Origin: a virus
DNA length: 64,000 nt
IMG/VR virus record: IMGVR_UViG_3300037468_000493
Span: 1 to 64,000 of that record
Reading direction: 5' to 3' (one strand)
The position numbers and the translations under genes are program-made. The stretch's first letter is position 1. Every line of letters begins with the position of its first letter. Below are positions 56,783-64,000 of this stretch, one piece after another. Under the pieces are notes generated by a model that did not search any database, had not been told where the DNA came from, and saw only the letters and a program-made list of their open reading frames with translations.

Positions 56783-58050
56783 CTATAAATTCTGCTGTGA
56801 CCATAATTCGCTAGACTCCGGCGTGAATACCAAGATGGGGCGTTGATTGCTGTCGAGCCACTGTGACCACCCCATAGTTCCATCAGCTTGTTTTTCGTAG
56901 TCCCCGGCCCAGGCAAAGCAGGCAACATTGACAGGGCAGTAGACAGACTCCTTATACCCCCAAATATAGCCTAACAATTGCTCGTAGGACATCTTATTAG
57001 TAATGCCCTCGTGCCTGGCCGCGCTCCAAAATCTCGGCCCTGCGACGGCCCCGATATGTTGCCCAATAGGCCATACGCCATCTGGGAGCCAGGGCAATAC
57101 CTGATCCCGCCAGGTTTCGTAGTAGATCAAGTCGCCATCGGCTAGGGTATCCCAGGCCCAGTTAACAAAATCTTGCATCAAGGGATAGCGCTGGGGATAG
57201 ACCTGCTTGTAGGGCTCAAAGTAATCAGATCGTTCACCTTGCTGGGAGTCGTAGGCTGCGATACCCTCCACGGCGGCATAGTGCCTGAGGGCGGCTATGG
57301 TTTCGGCAATGGCAGGGTATTTGGCATGGTTGCGGGGGATGGCCTGGTCAAGGATCTCTGGCCCCAGCTTGGCCTTATCCCTGTCAGGCATCTTGGCAAT
57401 TTGCTTATGGCTGAGATGCAATGCCTGCACCCAAATGCCCTCCACCCCGAGCGCGGCCAGAGTCTTGACCATGGCCTGTGGGTCGGGTATCCATTGAGGC
57501 ACGACGGGGTTGACGCCAACGCAGACCCGGTGACCCCTAGCTATGACCTCAGCTATCATCTCTAGCCGCTGGGTGGGCCTAGGCGCACCGGGGGCACTGA
57601 TAGCCCCTATGCCATCGTCGAGGGTTTCCAGGCTGACGTAGAAGACCGTGGGTCTACCCTCAATCATGTCCAGTGCTGAGGGGTAGGTCTTGAATGGTTT
57701 CAGTAGGCCGTGGCCCCCCTTGGTCTGTAGGGACATCGGTATCCCCATTTTGACCATGGCCTTGATGAGGGGCAGGCTGTAGGCTAGGTTGCTACCGGCA
57801 AAGGGGTCAACGTGATTGGAGAAAACTACGGGGTATTTGGTCTTCAGGAGGTGCCCTTCGAGGGTATCGGCCCAGTAGCGATTCCTGAGCATTCGCAAAG
57901 CCTGTTTTGGGTAGGCTTTGCGAACGGGCTCGTTCAGGTTCGCAAAGCAAAAGGACATGAATGGCTACATACATTTAGAGACAGGTTGAGGGGGAAGCAG
58001 GCATTCAGCAAGAACCCGCCGTGATATAAAGTAAGACTTTGTTTTTCCAT
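56783..58050 (-). CDS. Radical SAM (spore-photoproduct-lyase-like) protein; CxxxCxxC motif split by a -1 frameshift near 57950
   Basis: Frame from ATG 58050 gives ...CSHSCPF; the -1 frame continues CFANLN...DPF...LQTKG...APRPTQRLEMI. Confidence 0.75.
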
Positions 58051-58815
58051 CTATGCCACTCCCTTTTCTAGGCTAGCTGAACCGATCCGAACATATCTTG
58101 ACTCAACTAAATCATACACCCATTCATTTGGATAGTTGAAAACAGCAAACTTACCATGGTGTTCAGCCGCTAAATCGTCATATCGTCTAGCGGCAGATTC
58201 TGCACTGCGAAACCCAGACTCAGCAATAGATGTACTGTATTGAATTTGAACCCTAAATGTATCAACAGCCTGGCTAACACCCTTTAGGCTGGAAACCCTA
58301 GGATCCTTGCGTGCGTGCGGCCTAATGTTGTACGCATTCTCAGCCTTTGTAGCCAGTCTTAGATTAGACCTTCGGTTGTTCAACTTGTTCCAATCAATAT
58401 GATCACAATGCTCACCCTTGACCACCAATCGACCAAGCATTCTTTCAAGAATAAGAGGTGCCAGGTAAATGGTAACGTTAGGGAAAACACTATGACTTCG
58501 GCTTACGTTCCTAGTGAAATAAGAATTTGACTGACAATACCAAGAATAATCAGCAAGATCTCTGTCGCACAAATCAACGAAGCAAGATATGCCGTTTGCT
58601 GCGATGATTTCTATGCAATCACCATGCTCCACCCACTTAGGCTCAACCCTTTTGAAGCGAGACTTAAGCAAATCAGTCTGATAAGCAATAATATCCATGA
58701 TCAAAATTGAAACCGCGACTACACCTCTAATTATAGCATTTGCAATTGCACTTGCACTTGTGACATTTGGCAAGAACCCGCCATAGTACAGGGTGAGGCT
58801 TTGCTTGTCTGGCAT
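58051..58815 (-). CDS. HNH-AP2 homing endonuclease
   Basis: CDHIDWNKLNNRRSNLRLAT..N; KGVS...AARRYD..A...HGKFAVFNYP. Confidence 0.9.
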   Translation of the reverse strand: MPDKQSLTLYYGGFLPNVTSASAIANAIIRGVVAVSILIMDIIAYQTDLLKSRFKRVEPKWVEHGDCIEIIAANGISCFVDLCDRDLADYSWYCQSNSYFTRNVSRSHSVFPNVTIYLAPLILERMLGRLVVKGEHCDHIDWNKLNNRRSNLRLATKAENAYNIRPHARKDPRVSSLKGVSQAVDTFRVQIQYSTSIAESGFRSAESAARRYDDLAAEHHGKFAVFNYPNEWVYDLVESRYVRIGSASLEKGVA

Positions 58816-58849
58816 GACTGCTCGCGGTAAATACTGGGCAGAATAATCC

Positions 58850-58879
58850 TTGACAGTTACGAAAGGTGTTTGCTATAGT
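58850..58879 (+). promoter_or_regulatory. Cassette promoter E
   Basis: TTGACA-GTTACGAAAGGTGTTTGC-TATAGT. Confidence 0.75.
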
Positions 58880-58918
58880 GTTTATAGACAAGCAAACAAC
58901 CACACAGAGGCAAAACCA

Positions 58919-59152
58919 ATGACTGCACCCAATTCAACCAATCTAGTCGGCAAAGCTCTAAAAGGCAAAGGCAAGCTCACATGGACAATTGCCAAGAGAG
59001 AAGTTAGGGCTAAGTACATTGCTTGTTTTGGCAAGCCCCCCGCTGATTGCTACCTGCTAGAGCCTTCCAACACTTCAATGCGATCCGAATGGATCACTGT
59101 TGAGCAGCTTAAGAGAGATGTTCAGCTTGGCATTACCAAGTTTTCAAAATAA
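58919..59152 (+). CDS. Small basic cassette protein
   Basis: ATG after GAGG, downstream of promoter E. Confidence 0.6.
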   Translation: MTAPNSTNLVGKALKGKGKLTWTIAKREVRAKYIACFGKPPADCYLLEPSNTSMRSEWITVEQLKRDVQLGITKFSK

Positions 59153-59194
59153 CCCTCAGAGCCAGCAAACAACCACCGCAAGGAACCTCAATCC

Positions 59195-59452
59195 ATGAAC
59201 ACTCCCATCCAGACTTCGCTAGGCACCTACCACCACTCCACGATGGCTCCTGAGTTTTCCATCTTTGCAGCACCCAAAACCAGCAAGCCCCGCAAGGCAT
59301 CTAAGCGCATCTCGATTGGTGCTTCTGTTCTCTTTTATGGCAAGCCTGCAACCGTCATTGCTAAGCACTCTACTAAGGGCTGGTGGACTGTTCAGTTTGA
59401 AGATGGTCGCACTGCATCCGGCGACCGCAAAGCCTGCATTACCTTTCCCTAG
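59195..59452 (+). CDS. Small SH3/KOW-like protein
   Basis: IGASVLFYGKPATVI...WWTVQFEDG. Confidence 0.55.
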   Translation: MNTPIQTSLGTYHHSTMAPEFSIFAAPKTSKPRKASKRISIGASVLFYGKPATVIAKHSTKGWWTVQFEDGRTASGDRKACITFP

Positions 59453-59472
59453 AACTAATCATACTGGAGCGT

Positions 59473-60165
59473 CTAGGTCGGTACTGCCCCGCCGCCCTGC
59501 CCCTGGTCGGGGTGGTTGCCTTTGTCAGACGCACGTTTAGGATATGGTTTCCGCAATGGCTCTATCTTAGCCCGCATCTCTGGTGTGAGTGGGTAGAGGT
59601 ATTTGTGTTTGCCGTCCACCACCCTGCAAGGCAAACCCTTTACAGATTTAGCCCCACCGCTGCCAAACGGGCTATAACTGGCCTCTCTGCTGTGCACCCA
59701 CTTCCCATCCTTAAAATATTCTCTCGTCTTATCACCTTTGCCTACATATATCCAGTTTGAAGCCTGGTAAACCCCTCCGTGGTGCCCTTGTGCTGGATCT
59801 GCATAGCTGATCACCAATTCAACGCCAGCACTTTGTCTTTGTAAGAATTTAAGCGCCAGTGCGATACATTTTGAGACACTGACCTTATGCTCTCTCATGG
59901 CAATGCGCACCAGTTCACAGAACCCAGTCGCGCTACACCCATAAGCTTTGCCAGCCAAGTGATTAGCACCTCTGGCGAAGATCACAGCGCCTATAAAATT
60001 ACCATCCTCCCAAATGCCAATTTTTACCAATTTGCCTAGGGGCATCTTTTTGGAATAGTGCCAGTTCATAACAGCGTATTTTGATGCTTTTGCACTGCAC
60101 CAATCGAGCCGCAATTCTGGCTTAGTACTGCTTGATAAATTGGTGGCCACAGTTGGGGCAGACAC
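59473..60165 (-). CDS. Mom-like DNA adenine modification enzyme
   Basis: WHYSKKMP, GAVIF, ELVRIA, SYADPAQGHHGGVYQASNWIYVG, KHKYLYPL, PYPK. Confidence 0.8.
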   Translation of the reverse strand: MSAPTVATNLSSSTKPELRLDWCSAKASKYAVMNWHYSKKMPLGKLVKIGIWEDGNFIGAVIFARGANHLAGKAYGCSATGFCELVRIAMREHKVSVSKCIALALKFLQRQSAGVELVISYADPAQGHHGGVYQASNWIYVGKGDKTREYFKDGKWVHSREASYSPFGSGGAKSVKGLPCRVVDGKHKYLYPLTPEMRAKIEPLRKPYPKRASDKGNHPDQGQGGGAVPT

Positions 60166-60673
60166 AATCGATCTCCTTTGGTTCTATCTGATCTAATCGG
60201 CCTTGCTCATCCTCGCCAACGGGTTCAAAGTCTGGCACCTCCTCACCCCATCCCTCAATCTCATCCGCCGTGAACCATGGCGTCAGGTCAATGTCTTCGC
60301 CCAATTCTGCTAGCGCATCGGTATCCCACGATAGGTTAACCTCGCCCACGCGATTATCAGCCAGGGCCAGTTCACGGCCTGCGGGGCTATCCAGCTCAAT
60401 GTCCGTGCGTTGCACCGCGACGAGTTGTTTGCCGTCGGTCTGCACCACAATCACATCTTCTAGGCCCAACTCCCCAAACTTGGCATGGGTCTTGTTTCCT
60501 GCAATGACACGGCCATGCTTATCCAAAAGGATTGAGCGGCCCGCCCCGAACTTTTCCAGGCTCTGGGTCAGCATGAAGTTCCCCCTCTCGGTGCCCTGGT
60601 TGGCATTGCGATCGTCGGGGATGAGGTCTGAGACTTTGCGGGCTGTAACCCGGTCGTAGATGTCGTCAGCCAT
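60122..60673 (-). CDS. ParB/Srx-like N-terminal domain protein with C-terminal zinc knuckle
   Basis: RNAN...SLEKFGAGRSILLD...IAGN...LADNRVGE..W; CPNCGHQF. Confidence 0.8.
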   Translation of the reverse strand: MADDIYDRVTARKVSDLIPDDRNANQGTERGNFMLTQSLEKFGAGRSILLDKHGRVIAGNKTHAKFGELGLEDVIVVQTDGKQLVAVQRTDIELDSPAGRELALADNRVGEVNLSWDTDALAELGEDIDLTPWFTADEIEGWGEEVPDFEPVGEDEQGRLDQIEPKEIDCVCPNCGHQFIKQY

Positions 60674-60845
60674 GGGCTACCTAAGAATAAAGGCCCTGAG
60701 TACGCAGGGCCAGAGTGATCTTGTCCGTCGCTCTGGGGTCTGACTCCAGAAACAACGACTCCATTCTATCAGCCAGAATCTCGCAGTACTACTGTAGGGA
60801 TTCCAGCCCCCCGATACACCAGTACAAAGTAGTACAGAACAGTAG

Positions 60846-60909
60846 TTGACAGTCACAAAAGGTGTGGGTTACAGTGGATGCATACCACCGCAAAGAGGCA
60901 CCACCGATG
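60846..60909 (+). promoter_or_regulatory. Cassette promoter/leader F
   Basis: TTGACA-GTCACAAAAGGTGTGGGT-TACAGT...CATACCACCGCAAAGAGGCACCACCGATG. Confidence 0.8.
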
Positions 60910-61104
60910 ACTACCGCAATGCGCCAAACCATTTCTAGCAACAACAGCGCCACCATAACCGCCGCTGCATCGACCGAAAAATTCAGCATTCGCCTAGAAG
61001 ACAAGCTAGTAGGCGAGACTCACACCGTCACTATTTTTGACGCAGCAGAAGCCCGACGCCTAGCCGCCGCTCTATTGCTATGGGCCGACAACGCTGACGC
61101 CTAG
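60907..61104 (+). CDS. Small cassette-borne protein
   Basis: Start after the conserved leader. Confidence 0.65.
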   Translation: MTTAMRQTISSNNSATITAAASTEKFSIRLEDKLVGETHTVTIFDAAEARRLAAALLLWADNADA

Positions 61105-61110
61105 CATCAC

Positions 61111-61149
61111 GCCAGTTGGAGTAAAGGGGGTTCGATTCCCCCTCCTGGC
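61111..61149 (+). other. tRNA T-arm-like mini structure
   Basis: GCCAG...GGGGG-TTCGATT-CCCCC..CTGGC. Confidence 0.5.
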
Positions 61150-61200
61150 CTGAGCCCCACCCACTACACGGGGCCATTCACCACATTGAGGATTCACACC

Positions 61201-61620
61201 ATGACCGCATTCGAGATTTTCATGTACGCCGCTGCAATCCTGACCGTGCTCTGGCTCCGTGCCGAGCCCCAGGCCCCCACCCCGATCGCCGTCGCGCCAG
61301 CGGTGCAACCAGTTGATGACCTTCCCGCCCTCCCGGTGCTGCTAGCCCAGTCCGAGAAGCTGACCGCGCCGCCGGTGGTGACTTCGCGCACGGTAGCCGC
61401 CGATATGGTTGAACCGGTAGCGATCGCCCGAATTGAGGATGCCTGGATTGCTGAGCTAGAAGTAGAGCCACCCTCGCCCACGGCGGCAGCAGATTATTTG
61501 GAAACCTGGAGCGCCCAGGAGCTACGCCGCGAATGCAGCCGCCGGGGTATTGCCTGGCGTAATGCCCACGGCAAGGGTAAGCACCTGCTCAAAGAAGAAA
61601 TGCTCAAGGCTTTGTGCTAG
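61201..61620 (+). CDS. Membrane-anchored protein with C-terminal HeH/SAP-like domain
   Basis: N-terminal TM, Pro/Ala linker, ELRRECSRRGI...KEEMLKAL. Confidence 0.65.
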   Translation: MTAFEIFMYAAAILTVLWLRAEPQAPTPIAVAPAVQPVDDLPALPVLLAQSEKLTAPPVVTSRTVAADMVEPVAIARIEDAWIAELEVEPPSPTAAADYLETWSAQELRRECSRRGIAWRNAHGKGKHLLKEEMLKALC

Positions 61621-61712
61621 GCATGAACTGGGGAGGTGACTAACCCAGGCACAACTACACCCCGCACCTCCCCCGATGGGCACCCACCACCACCCCTACC
61701 AGGACGCCACCC

Positions 61713-61922
61713 ATGACTACCTGCCCCCACTGCCACTACAGCCCCTGCCACCGCCACGACAAGACCAGGGCAGGCACTCAGCGGTGGATGTGCCCCCAAT
61801 GCCTCAAGGCCCACAGCGAGAGCGGCCTAAAGGGGCGGCCTAGCATTGGCGATCGCCCCATGACCGACGCTGAGCGAATGCGGCGGAGCAGGAAGAAAAA
61901 GAGAAGCACGGGACTACCGTAG
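61713..61922 (+). CDS. InsA-like zinc-ribbon protein with basic tail
   Basis: CPHC...KTRAGTQRWMCPQC...GRP...MTDAERMRRSRKKK. Confidence 0.7.
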   Translation: MTTCPHCHYSPCHRHDKTRAGTQRWMCPQCLKAHSESGLKGRPSIGDRPMTDAERMRRSRKKKRSTGLP

Positions 61923-62939
61923 CGACTCCAGCACCCGCAGCGACTCCAGCACCCGCTGCATCATCAGGCATGGGATACCGTTGCCGATGATCTTGGTGGT
62001 TGCCCCCTGATACCAATCGGGCATGGTTTGGATGCGGCCAAAGGCTTGGGTATTGAATGCCACTACCCTGCCGCCCACCTGCGCCCGTATGCTGCGCTTA
62101 GCCTGAGTCGCTGAAACAGTAAACATGGGTTCGGCATCGGCTCGGATGGTCAAACCCCGCTTGCCCTTTTCGTCCGGAGCGCCGTTGTACTGATCATCAA
62201 TGACGAAGGCTTTAATCAAATTGCCGCCCTGATTAGTCGTCAGGGTGAACGATGGTCTGTCCCATGGCACAACCGGCATGGTTCGTTGGTCGGTGGGGTG
62301 AACCATGAAGGACTTGTTTAGCTGTGCGGGCAGCCGCTCCAACTGCCATAGTGCAAACTGGCTATCCGGCAACCCAGGGATCAAATCCTCAATGGCCTCA
62401 TACCACCCCCGCCACTTCACCGGCTGAGGTAATGGCCCAACGAACCCGCCTTTGACCGCCCGCAGGATTAACCGGCGGCGGGTCTGGGGTACTCCAAAAT
62501 CTGCTGAATTGAGCACATCCACATTGACCCAATACCCAGCCCCCCAGAGATGATCCACAATGCGCTGGAACCCTGGGGCCTTGCGGTAGCCCTCCACGTT
62601 CTCCAGGGTGACGGTGCTGGGCTTTAGCACCCGTAGCGCCTCAATACAGGCACTGGCTAACCCATCGTTGTCATTGCCCACCTTGCCGCGGGTCTTGGCC
62701 ACGCTGAAATCTTGGCAGGGCGGCGACATGTGCAAATGGTCGGGGCTCTCCACACTGGCCCAGTCAAACCCGATCACCGAGGCTGTATGTACCGTGTCCC
62801 GGTGGGGGAGGTTGGCATTTGCAACGGAAGCAATATCCGGCTCTAGCTCAACACCCCAAAGCAACTCATACCCCGACTGCATGGCCCCGATGTCGGCCAG
62901 CCCCCCGCCGGTGAATAACGAAGCGAATGTTTTTGGCAT
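61914..62939 (-). CDS. C5 cytosine DNA methyltransferase
   Basis: SLFTGGG, SPPCQDFS, LENV, QTRRR, IIGNG. Confidence 0.93.
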   Translation of the reverse strand: MPKTFASLFTGGGLADIGAMQSGYELLWGVELEPDIASVANANLPHRDTVHTASVIGFDWASVESPDHLHMSPPCQDFSVAKTRGKVGNDNDGLASACIEALRVLKPSTVTLENVEGYRKAPGFQRIVDHLWGAGYWVNVDVLNSADFGVPQTRRRLILRAVKGGFVGPLPQPVKWRGWYEAIEDLIPGLPDSQFALWQLERLPAQLNKSFMVHPTDQRTMPVVPWDRPSFTLTTNQGGNLIKAFVIDDQYNGAPDEKGKRGLTIRADAEPMFTVSATQAKRSIRAQVGGRVVAFNTQAFGRIQTMPDWYQGATTKIIGNGIPCLMMQRVLESLRVLESLR

Positions 62940-62963
62940 AAAATATCCTTGTGGTTCAGGTGA

Positions 62964-63884
62964 TTGAACTACCGCGCCCCGGCTGCTACAACAGCGTGGG
63001 GCATTACCATTTTACCTTACAAATCTCACAGTAGAATCATAGGAGCATCTACGCCCTACCCTTGCCCTGCCCTGAGATGCCCTGTGAGTCAGCCTACCCC
63101 CTTATCTTTGGTCTTCGGCCCTGACTTTGGGGTTTCACATCGCCATCCTGATGGAGAAGTACGGTATTGGCGCGATCGGCTCGCAGGCCACATCCGAGTA
63201 TTTAAACCGGTAGTCGGCGGGGTTGAGCGCAATATGTTTGAGCTGGGCCGTCACCCTAGCTGCTGGCTGCGGATTGGCTGGGAATCTGTCTCCGGCCATG
63301 AGCGGCAACGCACCAATGAGGCTGGTTACCCACTATTTGGGGCTATCAGCCGGGTGATGGTCACCATTGCCTGGGCCAGTGAAACAGACTACCCCTGGAT
63401 CAGCCATAGCAAATGGCTGGTGATGCCTGGGGGCGTGTACGTGGGCAAAGATGGCCACCGCGAATCTAGCACTGCCCGCAATGGCGTTTACCTCAATGGC
63501 CACAGGCTCAGCGATGGCGACAACCCCGAGTCCCTATTTGAGCCAGGGCAACACGAGGCTTATTTGTCCCTGGGCAAAACCGGGCGAATCATTATCGTCG
63601 ACGGCTCCCTGGATGAACACAGCACCGGCTGGCCCACTCAGGTCTGGACTGGGGCCAATTGGCCTGATGGTGAGGCTGACGAACCTAGCACCGACCTATC
63701 CCCGCAACGACTCCAAGTAGAGGGCCAGGTGGCAGCGGCAAAGACCGGCGCTGATGTAACCGGGCGAACCATGGCAGACCTGGCCGCGATTGTGCTGTAC
63801 GGCCCGGAGGGCGTGGATGCTCGCCTCTGGTGGGCATTCTGCGGCCTCCTTGGGGCTGTAGTGTTGTGGATTTTGGAACGATAA
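62964..63884 (+). CDS. Putative FHA-domain membrane protein (start uncertain)
   Basis: STARNGVYLNGHRL FHA-like motif; C-terminal TM. Confidence 0.45.
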   Translation: MNYRAPAATTAWGITILPYKSHSRIIGASTPYPCPALRCPVSQPTPLSLVFGPDFGVSHRHPDGEVRYWRDRLAGHIRVFKPVVGGVERNMFELGRHPSCWLRIGWESVSGHERQRTNEAGYPLFGAISRVMVTIAWASETDYPWISHSKWLVMPGGVYVGKDGHRESSTARNGVYLNGHRLSDGDNPESLFEPGQHEAYLSLGKTGRIIIVDGSLDEHSTGWPTQVWTGANWPDGEADEPSTDLSPQRLQVEGQVAAAKTGADVTGRTMADLAAIVLYGPEGVDARLWWAFCGLLGAVVLWILER

Positions 63885-64000
63885 TGTCTCACTCGTACCC
63901 TTCCGTAAAAACGGCGATCCTCACCGGGGCGATCGGGCTGCATTATCAGCCAATCCACAACTTGAGCGATAGACGGCTGCTAGGCTATGAAGCGCTGGCC

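Larger units (their letters stand above)
1..64000. mobile_element. Tailed (siphovirus-like) cyanobacterial phage or prophage genome segment
   Basis: Terminase, portal, capsid, tail tube and tape-measure genes. Frequent HIP1 octamers GCGATCGC (e.g. 602-609, 9932-9939, 11643-11650, 17287-17294) indicate a cyanobacterial host. Confidence 0.9.

Noticed and set aside
61111-61150. tRNA gene
   Set aside because: No D-arm, anticodon arm or CCA; too short
61921-61956. 18-bp tandem duplication at the MTase 3' end
   Set aside because: Simple local duplication (RVLESL twice) with no evident function
1-64000. Canonical CRISPR array accompanying the cas genes
   Set aside because: No series of 25-40-bp repeats separated by unique spacers was seen; the tandem repeats found are coding or are the 133-bp elements

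Overview
A 64-kb segment of a tailed phage (siphovirus-like), almost certainly infecting a cyanobacterium, judging by abundant HIP1 GCGATCGC octamers. It carries a head/packaging module (terminase, portal, scaffold, major capsid; minus strand, ~44.7-55.5 kb), a tail module on the opposite strand (tail tube, frameshifted chaperone, tape measure; 30.5-40.3 kb), tail-tip/fibre genes with two glycosyltransferases (16.3-29.6 kb), and a DNA-modification cluster (radical SAM, Mom-like, ParB-like, C5-MTase; 56.8-62.9 kb). The most striking accessory content is a complete type IV-B-like CRISPR-Cas effector operon (csf1-csf2-cysH-csf3) with no array. Its Csf2/Cas7 appears to carry the Cas11-like small subunit as an internal insertion, and it is followed by a candidate small structured RNA. 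Other notable features: a membrane FtsK/TraB-like ATPase module with an 8-bp repeat cluster reminiscent of a clt transfer locus; a ~270-nt structured RNA with its own promoter; a dispersed family of near-identical promoter/leader cassettes driving swappable small genes; a triplicated 133-bp inverted-repeat element; and an HNH-AP2 endonuclease that duplicates the start of a frameshifted radical SAM gene. No integrase, primase or polymerase was recognised in the window. All functional calls come from motifs read by eye, with no database searches.
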